NCBI GenBank assembly: GCA_028023455.1 | Contig: JAQFVV010000005.1 | Span: 19,096,001 to 19,160,000 of the forward strand | Length of the DNA: 64,000 bases | Source of the DNA: Epiperipatus broadwayi | Taxonomy: Eukaryota; Animalia; Onychophora | Reading direction: 5' to 3' | Part shown: positions 39,221 through 53,234 of the stretch, piece by piece | How the letters are laid out: every line of letters starts with the position of its first letter | Position numbering within the stretch: position 1 is the first letter of the stretch | Notes under the pieces: generated by a model | Databases searched by the model: none | Told to the model about the DNA's origin: nothing | What the model saw: only the letters and a program-made list of their open reading frames with translations | Program-made: the position numbers and the translations under genes

Positions 39221-40918
39221 TGATAATGGGAAATCAATAATAAATATATATAGACCATAAAGATTTGTAATGAAGACAAATACTTAAGAATAATAATTTC
39301 AAAGAAAGTATCATTTATATAGATAATAATGGAAATTTAACAGGTTATTATTAGACTTCACCCTGAACTATTAAAATGTAATAAAATTGTATAAGATGGT
39401 GTAAAGTTTATTACTATGTCTTTAAATGATAGTTGATTTAAAAAAATGATATAAATCTTATTTAACAATTTAATACGTTACACAGATTTATTTTGTGTGC
39501 GCTTTAACTCCAAACATGCTGTGAAAAGGGCACAATCCATTTATATCCAATAAAGTCTAGAGCAGATTTATGCTTGCAGAGTAAAATATAATTTTATATT
39601 GATCATAATGAATGTTAACTATTCCATTAATACATTTAAATGATACATTTCAATATGACCATAGAATCAAGCATTGTGATAAGAATGTAATTTTTGTCCC
39701 AAAATATCTCTATGTTAAATGATCACAATATACTACCAAATATTGCCATTAGTTATATCATATAAATCTCATCTTTTCTAGATCTTATTTCCAATACATA
39801 AAGATTATAATAGTAAATCAGTTTGTTTTCTATGAGTTAATATTTAATATTATCATGGAGAATGTGAATGGCTTTCTTGCTTGAGATTTCATAAGAAGTT
39901 TGAGAGTTGAAAGTGCCAGCACCAGAATCAATCCAAGGACTCCATGTTTCAGAGTCTGACATTCCACCACTGTGCTAAATCGCACACGACTATAGTTTCA
40001 GTGTATCAAGAATAATTCTTATGGTTTTCCTCTTTTTCTTTCTTTAATTAAAAACACAAATAATGTTTAAAAAAGATATATGGAAGAATAAAAATATGTA
40101 AGACAAATTAAGTTATATCAATTAATTCAAACTAAAAAAAAAAAAATTAATATAACTGATAATGCAATAACACAAAAAAATATACATGTAACTACACTCA
40201 CTGCAATCATAAATATATGTACTCATCATGATAAATAATTAATAGCTTATATTAATAAAGTAGTGTTGTTTTACAGTAATCAAAAAAAAAAAAAAAACTT
40301 TCACAACAAAAGATGCAAATCCCCTTCCCATAAAATATAATTGTCAAATGCCATTTACTACGGTATTTTTTATTTTAAAAAAAAAAATAGCAATCCTAAC
40401 AAATTAACTTGTCAAAAAAAATTTAAACAAATATAAAAAAAAAAAATTTACAATCAGATTTCTTCTTTTTTTATTTTCAAAGTAATAATTAAAATCAACA
40501 GCAGTTTTTTTTTTAAATAAAAAAAATGAAAAAGAATAGATTTTACTTATTACAATAAATAATTTTAAACCACTTTTTTAAAAAAAAATCTAAATGCAAC
40601 TTTAATATGAACACTACTAGAAAATTTACACCAAGAGAAGCTATTTATTTTGTAAAAATGATTGTAGGGAAATAAATCGAAAAAGATGAAAGAATTGGTG
40701 TTTTTTTTTATGGATTTGGAAAAGCATTTGATAGAGAAATCTGAAATAAACTTATGATCATCTTGAAAAATAAAAAAGTATTTTGGAAAGATTTTTATGA
40801 AGAATGAGATTGGAGAATAATGAGACTAAAGAACTGAATATAGAAAAAGAAGTTAGCAGTGTTTTTTAATATTTATTTAAAAGACATAATAGATAACTAT
40901 TTAGACTATAGTGTAACA

Positions 40919-41317
40919 CAGGAGTCCCCTACCTTTTTGCACTTAAGAGCACATTCTATAATACCGGCCAGGTGGCAGGCACCATTTATTTTTTCCAACC
41001 AGGTGGTGGGCACCATCTATTTTTTCAATGTAAATTTATAGTTGGATATTGTTAATAATACACATAATGTACAAAAAAATATTTATTTCAAAAATAAAAT
41101 TTTAACATATAATGAACGTTTATATTTTTATGCTGTAAAAGTATAGCATGCCCTACAATTTGATTACAATATAATATAATAATTTATAAGAAATTTTAAA
41201 AATTAAATTTATTTGTATCAAATAAATAACTTTTTATCGTGTTCGGATAGCGGCAGGCACAAGTAAAATGGTCTGCGGGCACCATGGTGCCCGCGGGCAT
41301 AGGGTTGGGGACCCGTG
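40919..41317. mobile_element. hAT-type MITE
   Basis: TIRs CAGGAGTCCCCTACC / GGTTGGGGACCCGTG; 8-bp TSD GTGTAACA (40911-18) / GTGTAACG (41318-25). Confidence 0.85.
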
Positions 41318-41812
41318 GTGTAACGGGATGTCATTTTTCATAAGAAAGAGGGAGCGCATCTTACTACAGTCGGACTTACAGTCTTTGGGTAGGATGCTGG
41401 AGATGGTGCGACGAAATGCTGAGCCCATGATTACATCTATCTTCAGTATATTAGATCAATGATTGCTAGATAAATTTAGATGCAATTTAGACTAGTTCGT
41501 CCACATACCATTCCTCTTTCCGCCTCCATTACGCCGTGATATTCCGAACTTGGGGAGAATTCACAATTGGCTCTCTTCAGAGATGGACTTGATAATCTCA
41601 CTTATTACTATGCTTCTATATAAGCAATGACTAATGAAAATATATTCCTAAAATATTTTTAATATCAACACATATATATAAAAAAAAATATTGTATGATT
41701 ATCAATGACTAGTCTGTTTATTTATTAGTATGAATGTAGGAGGATAATGATTAAATAGAGATCAAATTAATAACTCAATAACATTTAATAAACAACAAAA
41801 TGTAATATAACA
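41318..41812 (+). mobile_element. Possible solo LTR interrupted at its first bases by the hAT MITE
   Basis: Begins TGTAACG, CpG-rich, TATATAAG and AATAAA, ends TATAACA; TSD not convincing. Confidence 0.35.
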
Positions 41813-43399
41813 ATATAAATAAATATAGTAATGAAAGACAAGGATGACTTTCTATCATTTCAAAAGATTAATAATTAATATGCCCATTCCAAATCCCATG
41901 ATAAAACTTCATACCTTGACAATCTTTTTATTAAAAATATAATTCAAATTAATATATATATTATAAATAATAATAAACAAGTTCAAAAGATCATGACTCT
42001 AACTTACTGATTAATATATTTATAGTCATCTTATCTTTGACTTATAATTATTATTATTATCACCCATTTTTGAATATAAGACCCCCTATTGTTAATATTT
42101 ATAATTTTTAAAAAAAATTAATAAGGAAAGTCATTCATTCTAGATAATTAATCATTTTCACAGAAAATGAAATATATAAGTAGGTTTAGCAGATTAATTA
42201 ATAACAACAACTCTGTTTGGTCACTATCATATATGATTAAATAGTCAAAATCTTACCTCATCCCATTTAGATGAGTATTGTCAAATTTCTGGATGGGGAA
42301 TATAGATTTAATTTTATTTAATATCTTTAATATTTATTCAGCTTAATACTTCCCCCTACATAATTAAAATGGGTGCTCCCATTTCTGGAAAGACAAGCTA
42401 CCAAATTTGAAAACGAAAATTATTAAAATAAACATATTAAAATGAAAAGAATAATAAAGCAAATATACAAATAAATAAAATTAAAAAAATTAATTTCTTG
42501 ATTAAGTAAGAATTGTCCCTTGTGTCAATATTCCTTTATTCCTTTAATCTTGGTGAGAGATCTCCTGGTGCAATGTATTTATCCATTGGTTTAGTAGATA
42601 TATATGTTCATTCCAAATTGATGGATCATCAGCATTAACCAATTGTTTCATTGTAATAAAGTACAATACATCCTTTGAAGATCGATATTCTTGACCGCCA
42701 TTTATCCAGATAGATGTTCTACACATTTAATATTTTAGTTGGCATGAAAATTGGTATTGATGACCCTATGATAGGTTTCCTCTGGCAAGAGCACATTGTA
42801 ATATAGTTTTTTTTAAATCTATATAATTATTTTTAAGATGTTTCTGTGTGTAGTAAATAATGTAAGAAAATAAAGAAGTGGTTACTAAAAATTCAAATAA
42901 TTGTTCTTTTTTATATAATATCTTCTTTCACTTTTCAAAAAAAAATATTTTTTATAATCTATTCAGATCCTTAGATTTATTTTCAGCATTTAAATGAATC
43001 AATATCTCTATTTGTTTTAGCACATGAAGTCAAATCTTTTCTGGTTTGATAGAAATTCTATTCTAATATGGAACATTAATAACCATTTTCTTTTTGTTAA
43101 AAGAAAAATAGTTGTTGAGATCTTAATTTTTTTTATAGAATCCTTTTAATTGTCATGAATCAAGTGTTAATATCATGTGTTTTCTTTCAATTTTCATGCT
43201 TGCTTTACTTGCTCATTATTATAGTCATTAAGATAAAATTTTATAGAATTGCCTTTTCGTTTTCAAATCTGGTCGCTTAGCAACAAGTTTGACATTTAGG
43301 TCAGTATTGTTTTAACTTTCTAAGTAAATATTAGTTAGTTATATTAAGTATATATATGTATGTGTTTAATAATAGGTTAAGTTATTTGACAAGACTTGT

Positions 43400-46090
43400 T
43401 TGAAGGTAGTGTGGATTAGTGGTTTGGTGAGATGTAAGTCATCCTTACACTAGAGAAGCTAATATTGGAAGTAAAACAATAAAATATATAAAATTTGAAA
43501 ATAGTGTAACTTTTGTAGCTGAGGATGAAATGAATCGCCAGAATATGTTGAATAAATTGGAGGAAGGATGTATGGAATGAAGATTAATGTTGAGAAGACC
43601 AAGTATATATAGACAAAAAGGAAAACTAAAAGAATAGAAGTTTAATATTCATGATAAGACAGTTCAACAGTTAAATAGATTTAGATACTTGAGTGGTTGA
43701 TTAAATGAGGATGGAAGAAATGAAGTTAAAAGGATAGCATTGGCAAAGAAGGCATTTATTAAAAGAAAGATATGGAAAAGATTAATTAAGCACTATGTAT
43801 TTCAATACTAGCGCTATAAACGCATGAACACAAAGCTAATATTTAATATTTTATTAAACCATAGGTTGAGAAATTTTGAGAGCCATGGCTTTCATAATCA
43901 TAGCTTTTATGAAGTAACGTATTGTCTAATGTTATGCAAATCTATGCAAAGTTCAAGCATTCCATTTCCTGGATATAGAATAACACATTTCTTTTCTGTT
44001 AATGGTGTTGCTATCTATTGTGATAAAGCAGGCCTCTTTTATCTTTCTTCTCAAATCGTTTCCCTCTCTGCAGACTAAGCTGATTATTTGTGGTTCACAT
44101 GGATGTCCTGCAAACTTTTGGTGCAGTGCGAAAATGGAATTGTGTGCTGGATTGGATTGTGCCTTAATATACAACTATTTGTACTGAGATAATCTAGTTT
44201 TCAGTGCTGCTTTGGTTTCCCTGTAATATGAGGCTTTACAATTTTGGTCAGAGCATAAGATATTGTAGACTGCTTACGGAGTTTGAGCGAGAGTTAATCA
44301 GTCTTTTGTGTTATTGATTAGTCTGTTGGAACTAGGAGGGGTATGAAAGCACAACTGAAAGCTTCTATTGAAAATTGAACAAAAATTTTTGTGCATGTTT
44401 GGTATGTATGGCAATAATAGCCTGTCTATCCACCTTGAGTGCATTGTTGATCATTTTATTTTGAAACTGTATGATCCTCCTGTTGATGATGCACTCATTA
44501 AAACCTATATTTAATAAATCCTCTCTGTACACTGCTAAATTTAATTTTTTATCAGCTTCGAACTTACACAATTGCTGGTTTCTGTGGAGAAAAGATGTTA
44601 GGCCTGCTAGTTAATGGTTGACAGGTGTGTTAGAATTGGGTTAAATGTGACCTCTTATTTCAAAAAATTTGACTATCATCTTATAATTCAGGTATGTATT
44701 TTCATGTTGTACTTATACATCCAGATATTTCACTTGTTTGCTAGCGCCTTCCCATTCAATGTTTAATGTAGAAGTGACCTGTTTTGTAATTCGTTTTTGA
44801 TTTCATTGATGATTTCTGCCTTAGCAGCCACAAACAGATTGTCCACATATCTGGTATAAACTTTGAATTGTGTGGTATTCTCATGATTTGGCAAAACATG
44901 CTCCTCATAATGGTTTATCACAATGCTGGTGATGATTCTGCTAACTGGTAGGCCCATTGGCCATCTGTAATTCATGTGGTACCACTATTCATTAAATGTT
45001 GCCATCATGTTCTTGTCAAGCCAATTCAAAAACTCAACTATGAAAGCAATACGCACCTGTTCTATGTTCCTGTGCAACAGTTCTTCTTTGATGATTTCAA
45101 TGGATTTTGCTCTGTCAATGGATCCATCCATACAGCTCCATTATATCTACTGACATCAGCCTTGTGTCTGAGCTCAACTCTATATCCTTAATTCTTAAGA
45201 CAAAATCAAATGATGATTTTATCGCATATTTATCAAAGGCCACAGTCTCAGTTAACCATCTGTCTACCAACTTGGCTACCTTGAAATAATGGACTCCACC
45301 AAAATCTAGTAATCTTAATGGGATGTGTGGCTTATGTGTTTTTGCACTGTCAAACATCCTTGGTGATATTGAAGCTGAGGGGTATAATTTATAATATTCC
45401 AACTTTGAGAATGCCTTGTTACAGTGCACTCGCAGAATGGACATTATGAATTTTTCTGTTTAGCTTACTATTAAAATTCAGCATCCTTAAAATTTTAATT
45501 AGCTAATTTGAGCATTCATTTTACCAATGTAATCATCTTTCTTCATCAATACAATCCTATTGCTTTTGTCTTCTTGCATGCATACAATGCTTTCATGCAT
45601 TTAGAGTGCTAGTTATAGAATATTTACCAAACACGCAAAGTTTAAAATTAAGTTCATAAGTACTATGTGTGGATTGTATTATTGTATGGTTGTGAAATAT
45701 AGTAAGTAAAATTAAGATCAGGTTGGAGGCTTTAAAGATGTGAATGTGGAGAAAAATGTAGAAAATTAGTTGGATGAATAAAATGACAAAGAAGTTTTGG
45801 AAAGATTAAGAGAAAAAAAATTGATTGAGGAAATTAGAGATAGAAAGAGAAACTAGATTAGACATATACTAAGAAGAAAGAATAGTTTGATGAATATTTT
45901 GATGAAATGGTTAATGGAAATAAAAAAGGACAAGAAGATTAACCTTGCTGGATAATGTAAGAGATGGCAAGGGGTATGTGGAATTGAAGATCTGAGCAAC
46001 AAATAGAAAAGAATGGAAAAATGGATGAATTGGCTGTGTGATTGTTCTAGACCTATCCATACAACAGATCATCATTATTGATTGACTGAC
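43400..46090 (+). mobile_element. Decayed RTE-like 3' fragment (second family) split by the PLE at 43799-45656
   Basis: RT C-terminal remnants on both sides (FRYL...KRIALAKKAF; LLYGCE...IRLEA...MWRK) and a microsatellite-like tail near 46068-46090. Confidence 0.6.
43799..45656 (-). mobile_element. Decayed Penelope-like element (RT + GIY-YIG variant)
   Basis: ORFs 45115-45444, 44763-44975 (PMGLPVS, RYVDN), 43953-44174; AVYNILCSDQNCKASYYRET near 44215-44275; TSD TAAG(C/T)ACTATGT at 43787-43798 and 45657-45668. Confidence 0.82.
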
Positions 46091-47938
46091 ATAAGAAAAC
46101 TTATTTGTTAATACAATAAATTAATAGTTTCTAAATGTATATAGAAAAGTAATAAATAAAAAAGCTTATTTTTTGAAAATTCATGCACACATACTGATAT
46201 TTATCACAGTTATTATTTCTCTATTTGATATCAAATCATGGATTTTATCATTTAACCTTTTTTTTTCTTCTTTTATAGCTGTTTGTTGCTGGCTTCTTTA
46301 AAACTTTTGTAGATCAGTTGTGTCTTCTGAATTCCAGGTTTCTGCTCCAATTCTCTGACCTACTTTCAAGTTCAGGCTGCTTTTAAACACTACTATCTTT
46401 ATACTATGATAATGATTTCTACCAGTGATTTGCTGGCTCTTGTGAATAAGCATAGGCCAAACCATTTACTGACATTTGTCCATCAAGTTTAATGAAAAAT
46501 AATCCTCAAAATTACATATTTCATAGAGATGTTTACTGTATCTTGTTTAAATAGCATATAGCTTCAGAATTCCTTCTTGATGTGTTTCATGCTCTCTAAG
46601 ATTTTTTTTTTTTTTTCTGGATCACTAACTTCTTTGGCCTAGTATCAGATTCTTTCATTAATTTTTCCTTTCTGTATCATCTTTTTAGGTAATATTTCTA
46701 TATACTTCTCTTGTTCTTTCATTTATATGAATTCTTTGATTAATTCTTTTTATTTGTTTCACATTCACTCTTTGCTGATATTGCTCAACACTCCATTCCT
46801 GAATTTTCTAATCGATTTTTGACACCTGATCCATCTCTTGTCCTATTATTTCTTTTCTTGCCACTCTTTCTTTTCTAATTTCCATTTGTCCATTCTTTGA
46901 ATATTTAATCAATTATCACAACTTCCTCTCTTTTTAAATCCTACATTTGATATATAACACTTTCTATTTTCTTATCCTAATCCTTCTTATCATTTTTCAA
47001 TTTTCTGGTCATATTCTGAATGGCATCTAAAACATTCTTGTTTATTTTTTGATTATTTTCTTCTATTTAATGTTTTAATTTCTAAATAATCTTTTAAGAA
47101 AAATATTCATATATACTGAAGAACAAAAATCTTATAAAAAAATTCATCCAAACAAAAATATATTAAAAAGCTTTAAATAAAAGCATTTCTATGTACAATG
47201 ATATTAAAATTTACAGCACAATACAAAATACATAACAAATAAACATCACTAAAATAGAAAAGTTTTCTACCTTATTATTAAACAAATACAGAATTGTCAA
47301 TTCTTAATACTACTTTCTTTAAAACTGATTAATCTACAAAGTACAGATACAGTGAAAAACAAATGGAAATAATCTACACTGATTAAGTTATTGATCATGT
47401 AAACTTCAGTTATTCTGTCCATCTGTTCTGCAGATATTTATTGAAAAGCAAAGCAAATACAAACTATATATTGCTGCAGCTCCTGTAGCAATGTACAAAA
47501 AGACCAGACAGATGTTAGAGAACTACAAGCCAAAAATCAAATTCAACACAAGATATTTAAAAACAGTCACAATTCATCTCATCAGTTTTATAAATCTTGG
47601 GAAAAGTCATTACTATTTTAAAATATTAAAACGTTGTAGAAGGTAATTTCTTCAATTCAGAGGTTGTGAAGAGCCTGTCCTAGGTTAAGGTTATCAAAAA
47701 ATAAAATAAACAACTATATATGAGAGAATAATTTAACTTCTATCAGCTTTAGTTATCTTTTTTTAAGTCAATTGAAAGTTACACCAATAAATTCACCTAG
47801 TAGATATTCACTATGAGTATTAATACAAATCTAATTTAGAATTATCAATTATAAAAGCATATTTGAATCATTCTATAAATTATCAAGATCATAAGTTCTG
47901 GCTTCAAAATTATATAAAATTCAAATAAATTATTACAA

Positions 47939-48693
47939 CCACTAAACATCACATGATATTAAACAATCCAAAACAAAGCAAAACTCTCCATATAGTAGTG
48001 CCATCTTGTGCTAACAAGAGCAATCAATGGATGCCAGAAGGCTTGTGCATAAAATCCCTATCTAGTGCCTACTCATCCAATATCCACAAGCCAGAAACTA
48101 GTCTGGGGATATTGGATGAGTAGGCACTAGATAGGGATTTTATGCACAAGCCTTCTGGCATCCATTGATTGCTCTTGTTAGCACAAGATGGCACTACTAT
48201 ATGGAGAGTTTTGCTTTGTTTTGGATTGTTTAATAACAATTATTGTGCTAGTATGAGATAGTGATCATGTGATGTTTAGTGGTTTAACACCAATCCTGCC
48301 TAATAGGATAGTGGTGGCTATGGTTGTTAAAGAGCCAAAGACACCAAAATGTATGGGTACTGAATTGAGTTCAGACCCATATGACTATATAAGCTGTTGA
48401 GCTTGGATTGAAAATATTCATGTTTTCAATTTCATTCTCATAGTTTTATAGTTAAATAGAGTTAAAAGGTGGGTGCTGGAGGGTTGCATTAGATCCTAAG
48501 ATCTAGGTGCAGTGCTCTCAGATCCAAGGCTCCTCACTGATGAAGGCCACAAGCCAGAAACTAGTCTGGGGATATTGGATGAGTAGGCACTAGATAGGGA
48601 TTTTATGCACGAGCCTTCTGGCATCCATTGATTGCTCTTGTTAGCACAAGATGGCACTACTATATGGAGAGTTTTGCTTTGTTTTGGATTGTT
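47939..48693 (+). mobile_element. Non-coding hammerhead retroelement (retrozyme-like / non-autonomous PLE), 463-nt monomer
   Basis: 13-bp TSD TAAATTATTACAA at 47926-38 and 48694-706; 48086-48230 repeated at 48549-48693; 129-bp perfect inverted repeat 47957-48085 / 48107-48235; no ORF. Confidence 0.85.
48531..48572 (+). ncRNA. Minimal type I hammerhead ribozyme, intact core
   Basis: Stem I TCCTCA/TGGGGA, CTGATGA 48537-43, stem II GGC-cacaa-GCC flanked by A and A, GAAA, palindromic ACTAGT stem III, GUC site at 48564-66. Confidence 0.8.
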
Positions 48694-48797
48694 TAAATTA
48701 TTACAAACTTAAAAATATAAACAATAACACTTCTTCCAATGCAATTTACACAACAATGCAATAATTTAATAAGAGTATATTGATGTGATATGATGCA

Positions 48798-51700
48798 CTG
48801 TGGTTTCTCCTTTTTCGGAGTCAGGAATCTTTCAGCTACTATGTCCAGAGGAATCTATTAGCCACCTTACCTTCCTTTCCATTCTCCATCCTAAGTTTTT
48901 CCCATATTTTTCTCTATTCAGCTCCTTCCCATTTCCACAATATAATCTTGTCAACTCTATGGCCTTTATATCTAAATTCCCCTTATCTTTTCCCAAACCC
49001 AGAATAAAAACTAAGAATCCACTTTCTGTATAATGACTTTGTTTATATTTATTCTCCCACAACTTCATTATTTGTACCCTTTCTCCTTGCAGGCATTGAC
49101 ATTCAATTAATAGATGCCTAATATTTTCTATGCCTTCATTACACAACTTGCACACTCAATCACCCATATTTTTCGATTTATGTGTATATTCCCTTGTTGC
49201 TAAAGATCCTGTTCAAGCCTTAAACAGTAAACTACTTTCCTTGCTATTATCATAAATTAACTCACACCCAATATTCTGTTTACTTCTATATATATTTAAA
49301 CTCTTTTTACTCTCCATACTAGTTCTCCATCTCTCCAATTCCCTATTTTTTTATTAATGCATCTATTCTTCTATCCCATTCTTTGCCACTATAACACTCA
49401 ACAATTCTCCTAACACAATCATCCCACCTTTTGTATAAGTATACTGACATAAATTCTTTATCCAAATCTTCTGCATACCCTACACTTTCTCACCAACCTT
49501 GTTGCCTGTCCTTTACTCATAACCCAATTAAATACTATTTTGGCTATTCTCTTATTATCCATAAATTGCAATCTACTGAACATTTTCATTTTGCTTTTTG
49601 CATCTCTCATATAAAAACTTGACCATCCCATTTCTCCTTGAATTGCCTCCTTTGCCATCCACACATCTGCATCTAATGCATGTCTTCCTACTTCTCTTTG
49701 TACTTTTTCTAAGTAATCTAACACCCCTTTACTAACACATAATGCATCATTACCATAAGTTAACCCTGCTACTGCCACTCCCTTCCATACAATTCTAGCT
49801 ACATCATATTTATTATATGAAAACACTGTTAATTTCTTTATCAATCCCTTTCTTTTCTTTGCTTCATTTATCAATTTTTTCTCCCATTCATCCAAGCAAT
49901 TTCTCTGATTACTTAAGATGATTCCCAAATAGTTATACCTATTCACCACATTTAACTTTATATCCCCCAATAAAAATTCTTTCTCTTCTCTTTCCCCAGC
50001 ATTTATCATCATTACTTTTGATTTTTCTTCACTAAATTTAATCTCCATCTCTTTACCCACCCTTGCACATGTCTTCAGCATAATTTCCATATCTTCCCTA
50101 GTTTCTGTGCACAAGAAGATATCATCAACAAATAAAAGACCTAATAATGTATATACTCCCTTGCCACCTATTAATAGCATCTCTATCCCTCTTCCTAGTC
50201 TTTCTATTGCTATCTCCATTTCTCTCAAATATAACAAAAATAAAATAGGTGATATAGGACATCATTGCCTTAGTCCCACCCCATTTTTAACTTTAACTGA
50301 TTCTATATTTCCTAATTGATATGTATAGTAATTATTTTCATACAATCTCTTAATAAGATCCACTAAAGCTCCATTCATTCCCAAATTTACTAAACTTACC
50401 CATAATCTATTTCTATTTACTCTATCATATGACTTCTCTATATCTATAAAAACCATATATAACTGTCTATCTGTATTCCTACTCATATCCATAAGTTGTG
50501 TAACTACAAATAAACTATCTCCTATATGCCTATCTAATCGAAAACCTTCTTGCATTTCTCCCACTATATTATTTTCTTCCATCCATTTTGCAACCCTTCC
50601 AGCCACCATATATGCAAAAACTTTATATAACACTGATGTTACCACTATCAGTCTATAATTGTTTAACTTTCTATGATCCTTATCCTTTCCTTTAAATAGT
50701 AGCTTTACTCTTGTATTATTCAAGCTATCTGGAAATTCTCTCTTCTGTGCCATCTTATTAAAACATGATAATAGGTTTAATTTTGCCCTATTTCCTAAAT
50801 TCATCACCATCTCTGCTGCCCATCCATCTAAACCTCTTGCCTTTCCACTTTTCAATTTCTTCCCTGCTCATTCAATTCATTTTCTGTAAAAATAATATTT
50901 CCATTACTATGTGCTTTTATGTTTGTTATCACTCTGTCCTTCACATCTAACATCTTTTCTATATCCATTACATACTTATTTAAGATTGTCTCTAATTCTT
51001 CTCTAGAGCTACACTCTATTCCCTCATCATCTAGTAATACTATTTCTCTCTCCCCTACATTCCTTCTTTTAATATATTTCCAAAATTTTTTACTCCCCTC
51101 TCTTCCACTTTTATTAATATCCTCCAACAATTTACTATTTAATTTCATTCTCTCTCTATAATTATCTATTTTAGCCAACTTCTTTTTTATAAATACTTTT
51201 CCCATTTAACATTAACATCTTTTTCACTTTCTTTGTTTTTAATAGCACACTTATATTCTCTGCATGCTTTTCCCTCTCTTTTACACTTTTACTAATCTCT
51301 CCACCTTTATTCTTCTGAATATTCTCACCTAAAACCCTATTTGCCACTTTTTCTACTTCACCACACCAGTCCTTATATTCATCCCCAACAAACTCTTCCA
51401 TGATTTCTTCTACTTTTATTTTATATTCTTCTAACTTATTCTTATCATTCATTCTCCATCCACATCTTTCACTATCCTTTCTACTTTTATTACTATTTTC
51501 CATCACATTACTAACCATTTCTATTATAAAGAAATTATGATCACTATTACTTACTCTCTCTTCATTATCAAACACTTTAATTTTCCATACTTTATTCATT
51601 CCCTCTTTCTCTACTAATACATAATCTATTGTGTGAAATATATTATTTCTAGACCATGTGTATTGTCCCTCATAAATATTTGATAAATTTCCAATGCTCA

Positions 51701-52581
51701 AATTCACTTTCTGACAAAAATTCTTCAAAAGCTGTCCATTCTTATTATCTACATCATCAATTTCTTCAATATGCCCATTCATATCCCCTATAACCATTAT
51801 TTTCTTCCCCTTTTTTTTTGAAACTCTCTATATCCTTAACTAGGCATTCATATATGCTACTGTTCCACTCCATTATAGTTTGACTATCTCCAGTGGCTAT
51901 ATACACTACAGCCACCATCCATTCGTCTTCCTAACCATTTCTCAAACCACAAATGTTCCTGACACTTAACAGTATGTAAATATTTTATTGACATAACTCC
52001 TAAATCACATTACTCTTTCTTTCTTTTTCTTTATACCCTGCCATACCAAATCTTCCAGTATAGATTCTTCTTCTTCTTCTCTTAGATGTGTTTCCACTAT
52101 TGCTAGTATCTCAAGCTCTTCATTTTTAACTGCTTTGTTTAATTCCAGCCACTTTTCTGGTCTCCTACCACCTTGAATATTCAAATATCCAATTTTAACA
52201 ATTTCTTCTCTTTAACTACTCTTTTATAAATTCTTTTGACTCTTTCTTCTCCATTACATTTGTAAGTAACTTGCTTACCATTAATTTTACAGACCCATTC
52301 CCTCTCCACATCTACATTTATATCTAAATCAACTGCCCTTTGTTTATTCCTTATATCCCATCCATTCTTCTTCTTTTTAATAACACCACAAATTACCCCC
52401 CCCCCTTTACAAGTTTCCCGCACTACATTCTTTATAAATCAGATTCCCTAAAACTTCACTTTTTTGTTTTTCTAAATGCAATCTCTCCATACAGTAGTGC
52501 CACCAAAGTCTTCGTAATCAATGGATAATACATGTTTGTTACTCTTACTAACAGCATGTGTAAGCATATGAAATGGTGATC
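48798..52581 (-). mobile_element. Decayed non-LTR retrotransposon (APE, RT, C-terminal CCHC); clade not assigned
   Basis: IGDMNGH, TIDYVLV, SDH (51171-51797); NNYRLIVV, FIDIEKSYD (50262-50855); LLFVDDI (49458-50237); CKLC...HLLIEC (48832-49155); candidate TSD ATGTGATAT(G/A)ATGCA at 48783-97 and 52582-96. Confidence 0.88.
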
Positions 52582-53234
52582 ATGTGATATAATGCAATAA
52601 TTTATTATTTCACATTTTCAAACTAGCTGATAGTTTTGATTATCTCCCAATCTTCATCACTGCAATATACACAATAAATATAAATTCTCTATTATAAAAA
52701 TTAAAAACATATTTTAAAAAATTTTGTTTACACTGAATTTTTTATTTCAAATTAAACAAGATCAAATATTCAATTTTAATTGTGTTTAATTTGAAAAATA
52801 ATTAAATGTTTCATGTGCTATTTGTATCCTTAAATTTTTTAAATTTATTCTTATTGTTACATTTTTTTTTTTTTAATATTAGTATATCTATCATTAAACT
52901 TTTCAATGATGAATAACATAAATTAACATTTAAATTTAATAATTAAATTTTTAATAATCTAATATTAAAAAAGAAAAAAAACTATTGAAAAAAATATTTA
53001 ATTTTTTTGTTTGTTTACTATTCCCTCTGCATTTATCTTAGATAAACTTATTTGTAATCTTTTGTAACAAAAAAAAAAATCATATGAAAAAATATAACTA
53101 TAAATTAATTGTTGGTTGAATAAATACTTAATATTTTATTTTAATTTTCGTTTATTTTATTTTTACTATATATTTAATATCTTATTTCCTTAACTTATAT
53201 CTTATTAGTTTATTTTTTATCAATTAATATCCAT

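Noticed and set aside
39900-39990. tRNA-like SINE heads on minus strand (also about 17450-17510 and 55220-55290)
   Set aside because: Only partial A/B-box similarity; no body, tail or TSD definable by eye
41830-42480. Possible decayed PLE RT (IKMGAPISG near 42365-42390)
   Set aside because: One motif only; surrounding frames too broken to support a call
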